From contig DASQAV010000031.1 in NCBI GenBank assembly GCA_035635575.1, positions 1,527 through 65,526 of the forward strand: a stretch of DNA of 64,000 nucleotides. Direction: 5' to 3'. Position numbers and translations under genes: made by a program. The notes beneath the pieces are model-generated. The model did no database searches and was not told the origin of the DNA. It saw nothing but the letters and a program-made list of their open reading frames with translations. The stretch's first letter is position 1. Each line of letters begins with the position of its first letter. The stretch comes from Candidatus Dormiibacterota bacterium (GTDB taxonomy: Bacteria; Eisenbacteria; RBG-16-71-46; SZUA-252). Positions 47,419 through 55,958 of this stretch are shown one piece after another.

Positions 47419-48660
47419 ATGAGAGATGACCGTCCGCCGGTCGTCGTGATCGGCGCCGGCGCGGCCGGGTTCCTGGCCGCGATCTTCGCCGCCCGCGGGG
47501 CGCCACGAGTCCTCCTGCTCGAGCGAACGCGCGACGGCGGCCGGAAGATCCTCATGAGCGGCGGCGGCCGCTGCAACGTGCTTCCCTCGAAGCTCGAGCC
47601 CGCGCGCTTCGTCACGGGCTCCTCCCCGAACACCCTCAAGAAGATGCTCCTGAGCTGGCCGCTTCCGGAGCAGCGCCGGTTCTTCGAGGAGACCCTGGGA
47701 ATTCCGCTCCAGCTCGAGGAGGAAACGGGGAAGCTCTTCCCGGTCTCCAACAAGGCGCACGACGTGCGCGACGGGCTCAGAGCCCTCGCGGAGCACAGCG
47801 GCGTCGAGATGCGCTTCGAGGCGCGCGTCACCGGCGTCCAGGCGGGTTCCGACGGCGGCGCGCCCTGGCGAATCATTCTCGAGAGCGGCTCCGCCATTCC
47901 GGCCTCCTCCGTCATCGTGGCGTCAGGCGGCCTTTCCGTTCCGGCGACCGGAAGCGACGGCACCGGGATCGACATCGTTCGCGGCCTCGGGCACACGATC
48001 CACGACACCTATGCCGCGCTGACGCCGCTCACCGCGAGCCCGCACCGCTACGCCGCCCTGACGGGAATCTCCCTCCCGGTGACCCTCGAGGCGCCCGGTC
48101 GCACGCGCGCCCTCGTCACGCGCGGAGGATTCCTCTTCACGCACAAGGGATACAGCGGGCCCACCGTGCTCGACGTCTCGCATCTGGCCGTTCTCTCGCG
48201 GCTGCGAGGAGAGCCGCCCCAGAAGCTCTACGTTCGGTGGACCGGCCTCGACGCTCCGGCGTGGGAGCGGCTCCTGCGCGAGACCGAAGGCACGATGCTC
48301 GGCGCGCTCCGGGAGCTCATGCCGGCGCGCCTGGCGGAGGCGCTCCTCGAGGACGCGCGGGTGGAGGGAAGCACCACGCGGTCGCGCCTCACGCGCGAGG
48401 AACGGACACGCCTCGTGACGGCGCTGACGCGTCATCCGCTCCACTGGACGGGGCACGAGGGCTACAAGCGCGCGGAGGTGACCGGAGGCGGCGTGGCGCT
48501 CGGGGAGGTCGATCCCCGCACGATGGAAAGCCGGCTTCGGCCCGGTCTCTTTCTCTGCGGGGAGATCCTGGACGCGTTCGGGCCCATCGGAGGGCACAAC
48601 TTCTCCTGGGCGTGGGCCACCGGGCGCGCGGCGGGCATCGGGGCGGCGATCCAGGTATAA
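47419..48660 (+). CDS. HI0933-like (aminoacetone-oxidase family) NAD(P)/FAD-binding flavoprotein
   Basis: VVVIGAGAAGFLAAIFAA dinucleotide-binding motif. KILMSGGGRCNV is an HI0933 signature. C-terminal GEVTGGGVAL...FLCGEILD. Confidence 0.8.
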   Translation: MRDDRPPVVVIGAGAAGFLAAIFAARGAPRVLLLERTRDGGRKILMSGGGRCNVLPSKLEPARFVTGSSPNTLKKMLLSWPLPEQRRFFEETLGIPLQLEEETGKLFPVSNKAHDVRDGLRALAEHSGVEMRFEARVTGVQAGSDGGAPWRIILESGSAIPASSVIVASGGLSVPATGSDGTGIDIVRGLGHTIHDTYAALTPLTASPHRYAALTGISLPVTLEAPGRTRALVTRGGFLFTHKGYSGPTVLDVSHLAVLSRLRGEPPQKLYVRWTGLDAPAWERLLRETEGTMLGALRELMPARLAEALLEDARVEGSTTRSRLTREERTRLVTALTRHPLHWTGHEGYKRAEVTGGGVALGEVDPRTMESRLRPGLFLCGEILDAFGPIGGHNFSWAWATGRAAGIGAAIQV

Positions 48661-48691
48661 TCCGCGCTCCTCGTGCCGGAAAGGAGCCGCG

Positions 48692-49465
48692 ATGACCTCG
48701 AGCCTTCGTGTTCGAATCGCCGGAACCGTCCTCATCCTCCTCACGCTCACCGGTGTCCTTGCCCGGACGGGGCAGGCGCAACCCCGATTCGAATGGCCCG
48801 ACCGGGCGAAGAACCTCAAGGTGCTTCCCAAGGACCTCGCAAAGGAAAAGCTCCAGGCCACGATGGTCGGCTTCACGCGATCGCTCGGCGTTCGCTGCCC
48901 CTTCTGCCACGTGGGGCAGGAGGGACAGCCGCTTACCACCTTCGACTTCGCCTCCGATCAGAAACCCATGAAGCAGGTCGCGCGCGGGATGATGAAGCTG
49001 GTGAAAAAGACCAACGAGGACATCCGGAAGATGAACATCCCGGAGCCCCGGCACGTGGAGGTCCAGTGCGTGACCTGCCATCGCGGGCGGCCCCGGCCGT
49101 TCACGCTGGCGGACGATCTGGCGTACGTGTACGGGAGCGCCGGGATCGACAGCACCGTGGCGCGCTACACGATGCTCCGCGAGCGGTTCTACGGGGCGGG
49201 CTCCTACGACTTCTCCGAGCGCAGTCTCAATGAGTTCGGAAGCAATCTTCTCGTTGAGGGGCACCCCGCGGACGCGGTCCGCATCTTCCAGCTCAACGTG
49301 GAACAGAACCCCAATTCTTCGTTCGCGTACGCGAGCCTGGGCGATGCCTACGCGGCCTCGGGGCAAAAAGAGCCCGCGATCCAGGCCTACGAGAAGGCGG
49401 TCCAGCTGGACCCGAGGAATCGGGAAGCGGATCAGAAACTCAAGAGCTTGCGCGAGGGGAAGTAG
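48692..49465 (+). CDS. dihaem c-type cytochrome (photosynthetic-reaction-centre cytochrome c subunit-like fold) fused to a C-terminal TPR segment
   Basis: AAAGGAG RBS. Signal peptide. Two CxxCH haem sites (RCPFCH, CVTCH). C-terminal TPR-like FAYASLGDAYAASGQKEPAIQAYEKAVQLDPRN. Confidence 0.7.
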   Translation: MTSSLRVRIAGTVLILLTLTGVLARTGQAQPRFEWPDRAKNLKVLPKDLAKEKLQATMVGFTRSLGVRCPFCHVGQEGQPLTTFDFASDQKPMKQVARGMMKLVKKTNEDIRKMNIPEPRHVEVQCVTCHRGRPRPFTLADDLAYVYGSAGIDSTVARYTMLRERFYGAGSYDFSERSLNEFGSNLLVEGHPADAVRIFQLNVEQNPNSSFAYASLGDAYAASGQKEPAIQAYEKAVQLDPRNREADQKLKSLREGK

Positions 49466-49497
49466 CGCGCGAAGACGGAACGGATCAGAATCGAGGC

Positions 49498-49797
49498 ATG
49501 AACCTCGACGCCATTCCCCAGAGCACCCGGGTCCGGATCGCCCGGCTGCTCGCGGTCGCCGCGGATGGGATCCAGATCGTCGCCGTGCCGGCGTTCTTCA
49601 GCGGCGCGGCCTCGCCCCTGAACGACGCGCTGGATCTCGTGGTGGGAGTCACCCTGGTGCTGCTCTTGGGGTGGCACGTGGCGTTCCTCCCGACGTTCCT
49701 CACGGAGCTGGTTCCGTTCGTGGATATCTTTCCCACCTGGACGGCCGCGGTGTTCTTCGTGACCCGCGGCGGGAAACGAGAAGGAGGCCCGACATGA
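49498..49797 (+). CDS. small hydrophobic membrane protein (DUF1232/YkvA-like?)
   Basis: 99 aa with two hydrophobic helices (LDLVVGVTLVLLLGWHVAFL; LVPFVDIFPTWTAAVFFV). Its stop overlaps the ATG of the next gene (ATGA) and the next gene's RBS GAAGGAGG lies within its 3' end. There is no homology evidence. Confidence 0.4.
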   Translation: MNLDAIPQSTRVRIARLLAVAADGIQIVAVPAFFSGAASPLNDALDLVVGVTLVLLLGWHVAFLPTFLTELVPFVDIFPTWTAAVFFVTRGGKREGGPT

Positions 49798-51938
49798 CCC
49801 GATTTCTCCTAGCACTCCTCCTCCTCGGGCTCGCGCCGCGTGAGGCCCGCTCCGAGACACCGCTCACCACGGTGCGTGTGGCGCAGGGCCTCAGCCTTCC
49901 GCTCTTCGTCACGGCTCCGCCCGGGGACACCTCGCGCGTCTTCATCGTCGAGCAGCGTGGACCGGATCAGCGCGGCCGGATCAAGATCTTGAAGAACGGC
50001 GTGGTGCTGAGCACGCCCTTCCTCACGACGGATCCGCTCTCTCCGGGCAACGAGCAGGGGCTCCTGGGGCTGGCGTTCGCGCCGGACTACGCGACCAGCG
50101 GGCGGTTCTACATCAACTACACCGATTCCAACGGCATGGTCCGGATCGCGCGTTACACCGTCTCGGCGGATCCGGACGTCGCGAATGCCGCAGGAACGGT
50201 GATTCTCTCCATCTACCACCCGTTCACGAATCACAACGGCGGGTGGGTGGGATTCGGGCCCGATGGATTTCTCTATTCCGCCGAGGGAGACGGCGGGAGC
50301 GGGGGCGACCCGGGCGACCGGGCTCAGAACGTGGACAGCCTGCTCGGGAAGATGCTGCGCATCGACGTGAGCGGCACCTCCTACACGATTCCGCCGGGGA
50401 ATCCCTTCGCGGGGGCGACGCCGGGCCGTGATGAGATCTGGGCATTCGGTCTCCGGAATCCCTGGCGTCCCAGCTTCGACCGCCGGACCGGAGATTTCGT
50501 GATCGCGGACGTGGGGCAGGATCGCATCGAGGAGGTGAACTTCGCGGCGGCAGGAACGGGCGCCGGCGCGAACTATGGATGGCGGTGCTTCGAGGGATCG
50601 CTCGCGTTCAGCTCGAGCGCCACCACGCCGTGCGGCTCCTGCACCGTTCCCGCGTGCACCGTCTTCCCGGTGCACGAATACGATCACACGCTGGGACGAT
50701 GCTCCATCACCGGCGGGTACGTGTACCGCGGCTGCGCGATCCCCGACCTGAACGGCCAGTACTTCTTCGGGGACTACTGCGGAAAGCAGATCTACACGGG
50801 GCGCTTCCAGAGCGGCACGTTCACGGGACTCCGCGAGCGCACCGCGGATCTGGCTCCCGGGGGCGGACTGACCATCGGGAACATCACCAGCTTCGGCGAG
50901 GATGCGCGCGGCGAGCTCTACATCTGCGATCAGGGCGGTCAGGTGTTCAAGATCGTCCCGAAGGCTCCACTTCTGGAATCGGACATGCCCGCGCTTCGCT
51001 CGCGGACGGCCCTCGGGGACACGCTGGGGTCGACGTCGCCCGGCAACGCGCTCCTCACCGGCGTGACCCCGTTCGCCGACCCGGGAAGCCGGATCCGCGG
51101 CATCGGTTTTCTCGAGAACGTCATTCTCCGCGATTGCAGCGACATTTCCGGAGGCTGCCTCACGGCGCACGCCCGCCTCGATCCCTTCGATATCGAGCTC
51201 CGTGCATGCGTGGACTCCGCGGCCGCCACGCTGACGCGCCGGTTCGTGTTCACGAATACGGCCGCCTCCTCGAGTCCGCTCGCCTACGTCGACGTGGTCA
51301 CGCCTCGCCTTCGAGGCGAGCCCAACAGCTCGGTCGTCGCGTCGCCGGGAAGCTCGGGGAACACCGCCGTGCTCGTGCAGTCCAATGCCATCGCACCGGA
51401 CCGCTGGATCGTGCATTCCGGATCGGGATCGGCGGGCGTGACGACGAGCGCGGACGTGGACACCATCTCGGAGCTCACGGCCCGCGTCGCGGCGGATCAG
51501 CCCTTCGGCGGAGACGGATCGGCGGGACCGGCGGACGTGGGGATGGCGCTCGGGTTCGATTTCGGATCCGTTGCGCCGGCCGTCCCCGAGACCGTCACCG
51601 TCGTGACCCGGCTCACGGCCGTCGCTCCCACCGGGGTGGCGCAGGGCGCGCCGCTTCCGCCGCGCGGCGAGCTCCGGATCCTGAGCCGTGTTCCCTTCGA
51701 GGGAACTCTGCGGCTGGAGATGGCGCTGGCGTCCAGGGGCCGGTTCTCTCTGGAGGTCTTCGATCCGGCCGGACGCCGCGTCCGCACGCTGGAGCGCGGG
51801 GACGTGCCCGCGGGGAGAAGGGCCGTCTCGTGGGATGGCAGGCTGGAATCCGGGAAGAACGCGCCTTCCGGCGTCTACTTCATCAAGCTCCGCATGGAAG
51901 CGGGCTCACTCACGAAGCGCGTCGTTCTCCTCCGCTGA
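49794..51938 (+). CDS. PQQ-dependent sugar (glucose/sorbosone) dehydrogenase-like beta-propeller protein with a T9SS-type C-terminal sorting domain
   Basis: GAAGGAGG RBS. Signal peptide MTRFLLALLLLGLAPREARS. GSDH-family motifs GLLGLAFAPDYATSGRFYINYT, HNGGWVGFGPDGFLY, NPWRPSFD. C-terminus ...SGVYFIKLRMEAGSLTKRVVLLR. The ORF-track N-terminal extension to 49230 overlaps the cytochrome gene and is rejected. Confidence 0.8.
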   Translation: MTRFLLALLLLGLAPREARSETPLTTVRVAQGLSLPLFVTAPPGDTSRVFIVEQRGPDQRGRIKILKNGVVLSTPFLTTDPLSPGNEQGLLGLAFAPDYATSGRFYINYTDSNGMVRIARYTVSADPDVANAAGTVILSIYHPFTNHNGGWVGFGPDGFLYSAEGDGGSGGDPGDRAQNVDSLLGKMLRIDVSGTSYTIPPGNPFAGATPGRDEIWAFGLRNPWRPSFDRRTGDFVIADVGQDRIEEVNFAAAGTGAGANYGWRCFEGSLAFSSSATTPCGSCTVPACTVFPVHEYDHTLGRCSITGGYVYRGCAIPDLNGQYFFGDYCGKQIYTGRFQSGTFTGLRERTADLAPGGGLTIGNITSFGEDARGELYICDQGGQVFKIVPKAPLLESDMPALRSRTALGDTLGSTSPGNALLTGVTPFADPGSRIRGIGFLENVILRDCSDISGGCLTAHARLDPFDIELRACVDSAAATLTRRFVFTNTAASSSPLAYVDVVTPRLRGEPNSSVVASPGSSGNTAVLVQSNAIAPDRWIVHSGSGSAGVTTSADVDTISELTARVAADQPFGGDGSAGPADVGMALGFDFGSVAPAVPETVTVVTRLTAVAPTGVAQGAPLPPRGELRILSRVPFEGTLRLEMALASRGRFSLEVFDPAGRRVRTLERGDVPAGRRAVSWDGRLESGKNAPSGVYFIKLRMEAGSLTKRVVLLR

Positions 51939-51945
51939 CCCGCGC

Positions 51946-52149
51946 TTACGCGGGCTCCGGGTTGGGCATGACGATCCAGAGGATGATGTAGACCAGGATG
52001 CCCGGGAACGCCGCGCTGAAGATGGACACGAGAACGTAGAGCACGCGGACGAGCGTGGGATCCCAGCCCAGCCACTCCGCGATCCCGCCGCACACGCCGG
52101 CGATCATCCGATTTCTGGATTTCCGAAGCCGCCTCGAGGGGTCGGGCAT
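51946..52149 (-). CDS. PspC-domain mini membrane protein
   Basis: RLRKSRNRMIAGVCGGIAEWLGWDPTLVRVLYVLVSIFSAAFPGILVYIILWIVMP is the classic PspC N-terminal domain pattern. Confidence 0.75.
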   Translation of the reverse strand: MPDPSRRLRKSRNRMIAGVCGGIAEWLGWDPTLVRVLYVLVSIFSAAFPGILVYIILWIVMPNPEPA

Positions 52150-52164
52150 CCCTGGACCTCGGCC

Positions 52165-52371
52165 CTACTCCTCGTCCGGGGGAGGAGGGGCGGACGCGTC
52201 CCCATCCGAAGGCTCCAGCTCCGACGGTGAGACTCCGGATGCCTTCGCGGCCTTGGCAGCTGCCTTCTCCGCGTTGCGAGCCTGGCGCGCGGCGCGCTTC
52301 TCGGTCGCCTTCTCCGCCCGCTTCTTCGCCTTCTGGTTCTTGAGGAATGACGGATTGCCTCTTCCTGCCAT
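52165..52371 (-). CDS. small Lys/Ala-rich basic protein with an acidic C-terminal tail (hypothetical)
   Basis: 68 aa (MAGRGNPSFLKNQKAKKRAEKATEKRAARQARNAEKAAAKAAKASGV...DEE). An AGGAG RBS lies upstream and it sits directly upstream of the PspC gene on the same strand. It is low complexity and could be spurious. Confidence 0.4.
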   Translation of the reverse strand: MAGRGNPSFLKNQKAKKRAEKATEKRAARQARNAEKAAAKAAKASGVSPSELEPSDGDASAPPPPDEE

Positions 52372-52485
52372 TTACACTCTCCTGAACAGGTTGGCCTGAG
52401 TCGTGCCCGGACCCCCAGTCTCGTACCTTAACGGGGTGCCTGACAACATGAAAGCGCATCGCATCCGGCGATGTAGACTGAGGGC

Positions 52486-53034
52486 ATGGTGATCCTGGCC
52501 CTCGCGGCCCTGGCGCTCGCCCAGGGAGGAGGCATCCTCGGCACCCGGTCCCCGGAGTTTCCGGAGGTGCGCTGGGTGCAGGGAGGACCCCTTCGGCTGG
52601 CCGACCTGCGCGGCAGGGTGGTTCTCGTCCGCTTTTTCATGGATTCGCGCTGTCCCCTCTGCAGGGGGACCGCGCCGGCGCTGAACGAATTCGACCGGGA
52701 ATTCGGCCCCAAGGGCCTGGTCGTGATCGGATTCTACACGCCAAAGCCCCGGCCCAAGCCCACGACGATCGAGGAGGTGCGGGACTACGTCGCGGCGTTC
52801 GGGTTTCGCTTTCCGGTCGCGGTCGACGACGACTGGGCGGCCCTCCGGCGGCTGTGGCTGGATCGCGTCCCGGAGGCGGAGTTCACCTCCTCCTCGCTCC
52901 TCATCGACAGGAAGGGAATCGTACGCCACGTGCAACCGGGCGGAATCTACGCCAGGGAGGCGAAGGATCCCGCCGCGCGCCCCGACTACAAGGCGATGCG
53001 GGCCGCGATCGTGAAGCTGCTCGCGGAGCGCTGA
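52486..53034 (+). CDS. thioredoxin-fold redoxin (TlpA/AhpC-TSA-like thiol-disulfide oxidoreductase)
   Basis: Signal-like N-terminus. GRVVLVRFFMDSRCPLCRGTAPALNEF contains a CxxC active site. LVVIGFYTPKP is also present. Confidence 0.7.
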   Translation: MVILALAALALAQGGGILGTRSPEFPEVRWVQGGPLRLADLRGRVVLVRFFMDSRCPLCRGTAPALNEFDREFGPKGLVVIGFYTPKPRPKPTTIEEVRDYVAAFGFRFPVAVDDDWAALRRLWLDRVPEAEFTSSSLLIDRKGIVRHVQPGGIYAREAKDPAARPDYKAMRAAIVKLLAER

Positions 53035-53049
53035 CGCCTCCCGGGGGCG

Positions 53050-54357
53050 TCAGTTCCGCGCGATCTCCTCCCGCTCTCCCTCTCCGCCGCGCATCCGCCT
53101 CACGACCTTCGCGCCGATCAGGGTTCCGCAGACGGTGCCCTGCTCGTTGTCGTGACGGAAATGGATTCCCCCGTAGAGCCTCGACATCGCCGCTTCCAGA
53201 GACTGCTGGACGAAGTAGTCGCGCTCGTCCGGGAACACCGCGCCGAGCACCGCGGCCGCGGCCGCCGAGATCGTGGAGTGTCCCGAGGTATACGTGGGGA
53301 AGTTCGGGGTGGTGATCACGGTCACGAGACCAGGGATGCGCTGGAAGGGACGCGCGGTCCAGTACTTGTACTTGCACGCCCAGCACTCGATGAAGGCGTC
53401 GGCCATCGCCACGTTGAGGAACGCGTGCGCGCGCGCGGCCTCGACACCGCTCAGCCCACGCGATTCGATGCGCGCGTTCAGGAGCTCGTTCCAGATGGCG
53501 GGAGGCGACACGTCCGCCCACTTGTGCACGATCGCGATCTGCTCCGCGGTTCTTGCCAGGGAGACGTCGAGCACCTCCTGCACGTCACGCAAATCCTCCG
53601 TCGATCCGAGCGCGTACGGCGGCTCCGGCATGATCTGAGTGCCCGAGCGGAGCACCCAGGTCTTCCACGTCCCGCACATCGGTAACACGGGATTGGCTCC
53701 GCTCCAGATCCCGTCTCCGGTGGGAGGCGTTCCGGTGAAGACCGCGTCGGATCCGTCGCGCATGGCGTGCGCGACCACGAGGCGCCCCACGGCGCGCCCG
53801 AGCGTCCATCCGCGGCGTACCGAGCCGTCCGCTTCGCCGGTCCGCGACAGCTCCTGCGAGGTTGCTTCCTCGATCCGTGCCAGCCCCGTGGGGAAGAGGT
53901 ACGCGAGCACCTGGGAGGCGATTCCCGCCGCGGCCGCGCGCTCCGAGATGCCGGGGCGGCGCCGGTCGTGCGCGACCGTCAGCGCCTCGTAGATCCCGAC
54001 CTGAACCAGGGCATACGAGCGCGCGAGCATGGGCGGCGGCTGCTTCGCGCCCACGCCCAGCTCCTTCGTGAGCCGATTCCAGAAGACGACCGCGTCGGGC
54101 GCATCGGTGCCCGCGGGCTGCCTGCCGGGCTTCTCGAGACGGCTCAGGGCCGCCGCGTCCTCCGCGGTGCCGGCTTCCGCCTCTCGCCCCGGCGCCGGCA
54201 GGCTCGGGTCGTCGAGCGAGTGAATGACGAACTGGGGTGAATCGGATGAAGCGGTCGCGTGGGCTTGCAGTGCCGGCGCGAGAATGCGATCGCGCGCGCA
54301 GCCGGTCGCGAAGACCGCGAGAAGGACAGGGATGGTGAACATGAAACCCTTGCGCAT
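53050..54357 (-). CDS. PAP2-superfamily / vanadium-dependent haloperoxidase-like lipoprotein
   Basis: GAGGAG RBS. Lipobox VFATGCA. C-terminal PAP2/V-haloperoxidase motifs (KYKYWTARP, PTYTSGHSTISAAAAAVL, RLYGGIHFRHDNEQG). The ORF-track start 54456 is rejected in favour of the ATG at 54357. Confidence 0.7.
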   Translation of the reverse strand: MRKGFMFTIPVLLAVFATGCARDRILAPALQAHATASSDSPQFVIHSLDDPSLPAPGREAEAGTAEDAAALSRLEKPGRQPAGTDAPDAVVFWNRLTKELGVGAKQPPPMLARSYALVQVGIYEALTVAHDRRRPGISERAAAAGIASQVLAYLFPTGLARIEEATSQELSRTGEADGSVRRGWTLGRAVGRLVVAHAMRDGSDAVFTGTPPTGDGIWSGANPVLPMCGTWKTWVLRSGTQIMPEPPYALGSTEDLRDVQEVLDVSLARTAEQIAIVHKWADVSPPAIWNELLNARIESRGLSGVEAARAHAFLNVAMADAFIECWACKYKYWTARPFQRIPGLVTVITTPNFPTYTSGHSTISAAAAAVLGAVFPDERDYFVQQSLEAAMSRLYGGIHFRHDNEQGTVCGTLIGAKVVRRMRGGEGEREEIARN

Positions 54358-54620
54358 GATGGTCTCCTCTACGGGGATCTTCCGAGACAACGGGCGGAGA
54401 TTCGAGATTGGCGCTGCAACGAAAGTAGCACGCGCTTCGCGAGCGAGACAACGCACATCGACCGGCGTGTCCTGCTCTCTACTCCGCTCCGACCCTTGTC
54501 ATTCCCTCTGTAGGAAATCCCCGATTCCATTGTGCTCCAGTGACGTACCGAGCTCGTGCTATACTTCGCGCCCTCTCGCAGCCAGCGCCGCGGCGATCCG
54601 CGGTCATGAAGGAGGCGCCC

Positions 54621-54896
54621 ATGCCACGGTACGTCATCGAGCGGGATCTTCCGGGGGCCGGCAAGCTGACCCAGAAGGAGCTTCAGGCTGTTTCGCAGAA
54701 ATCGTGTGGCGTTCTCGGGAAGCTGGGAACGCAGATCCAGTGGGTCCACAGCTACGTCACCGACGACAAGATCTACTGCATCTATCTGGCACCCGATGAG
54801 AGGCTGATTCGCGAGCACGCCCGCCAGGGCGGATTCCCGGCGAATCGGATCTCCGCCGTGAAGGCCGTGATCGACCCCACGACCGCAGAGGTTTGA
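54621..54896 (+). CDS. DUF4242-like small protein
   Basis: 91 aa, MPRYVIERDLPGAGKLTQKELQAVSQKS...IYCIYLAPDE. A perfect GAAGGAGG RBS sits 6 nt upstream of this ATG, so the longer ORF-track start is rejected. Confidence 0.6.
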   Translation: MPRYVIERDLPGAGKLTQKELQAVSQKSCGVLGKLGTQIQWVHSYVTDDKIYCIYLAPDERLIREHARQGGFPANRISAVKAVIDPTTAEV

Positions 54897-54929
54897 GGCG
54901 GGCGGCTCCGGGAGTGTAGGCTCCATGCC

Positions 54930-55913
54930 ATGAATCTCCTCGTGCTCGGGGGCACGCAGTTCGCAGGGCGGCACATCGTCGAGCAGGCGCTTGCCCGCGG
55001 ACACCGCATCACTCTCTTTCATCGCGGACGGACCAACCCCGGTCTCTTTCCCGAAGCCGATGAGCTCCTGGGAGACCGCGACGGCGGGCTGAGCGCCCTC
55101 GCGGGCAGATCGTGGGATGCGGCCGTCGACGTGAACGGCTACGTCCCGCGCCTCGTGCGGGACGCCACGCGGCTCCTCGCGGGCTCGACCGACTGCTATC
55201 TCTACATCTCGACCCTGGCTGTTCTGGCGGATCACACGATCCCCGGCCAGGACGAGACCGCGCCGCGCGCCGCGTTCGAGAAGATCACCACCGAGGAGAT
55301 CACCGGCGAGACCTACGGACCCTTGAAGGCGGCCTGCGAGGCCGTCGTCGAGGCCGCGATGGGCGATCGCGCCGCGATCCTCCGCCCCGGCTTCATCGTC
55401 GGACCCTGGGATCACACCGGCCGATTCAACTACTGGATCCGGCGCGCGAGCGAGGGCGGAGACATGCTGGCGCCCGGCACGCCCGGAGAGCCCATCCAGT
55501 TCATCGACGCGCGGGACCTCGCGGCATTCGTCCTTCGCGTGCTGGAAACCAGAATGTCGGGGACCTATCACGTGGTTGGCCCTCGCGCCCCCTTGTCGTG
55601 GGCGGGCCTCTTCGTAGAATGCAACCGGGTGGCCGGCAAGGACACCCGCGTCGTGTGGGTCGCTCACGAGTTTCTCGATGCTCGCGGCGTCAGTCCCAAG
55701 GAGCTGCCGATGCGCTTTCGGAACGCGGACGGACTCGAGGCCACGAGCAGCGAGAAGGCGATCGCACGAGGGCTCACGTTCCTGCCCGTCTCGCAGACGA
55801 TCCGGGATACGCTCCAGTGGGACGCGGCGCACGGTGCCCATGAAGTAGGGCTCTCGGCCGACCGCGAGCGCGAACTCCTCGCGCAATGGCATGGGGCCAA
55901 GCAGCCCGCCTAG
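54930..55913 (+). CDS. NAD(P)-binding SDR/epimerase-dehydratase-family protein (atypical SDR)
   Basis: MNLLVLGGTQFAGRHIVEQALARGHRITLFHRG (Rossmann GxxGxxG). CYLYIST. ...YGPLKAACE (YxxxK-like). Confidence 0.75.
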   Translation: MNLLVLGGTQFAGRHIVEQALARGHRITLFHRGRTNPGLFPEADELLGDRDGGLSALAGRSWDAAVDVNGYVPRLVRDATRLLAGSTDCYLYISTLAVLADHTIPGQDETAPRAAFEKITTEEITGETYGPLKAACEAVVEAAMGDRAAILRPGFIVGPWDHTGRFNYWIRRASEGGDMLAPGTPGEPIQFIDARDLAAFVLRVLETRMSGTYHVVGPRAPLSWAGLFVECNRVAGKDTRVVWVAHEFLDARGVSPKELPMRFRNADGLEATSSEKAIARGLTFLPVSQTIRDTLQWDAAHGAHEVGLSADRERELLAQWHGAKQPA

Positions 55914-55958
55914 TCGTTTCGCCGTCGCGTTCTACCCCGCACGAGCCGCTCCTCCGTA

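Noticed and set aside
49230-51938. 902-aa form of the PQQ-dehydrogenase ORF starting at 49230
   Set aside because: The first 188 codons overlap the cytochrome c gene in another frame and are Arg/Pro/Gly-rich junk. GAAGGAGG precedes the ATG at 49794, followed by a clear signal peptide.
52165-52371. Considered calling the K/A-rich 68-aa ORF a ribosomal protein or histone-like protein
   Set aside because: It matches no ribosomal protein family that I can recall (S21, L35 and THX compared by memory). I kept it as a low-confidence hypothetical only.
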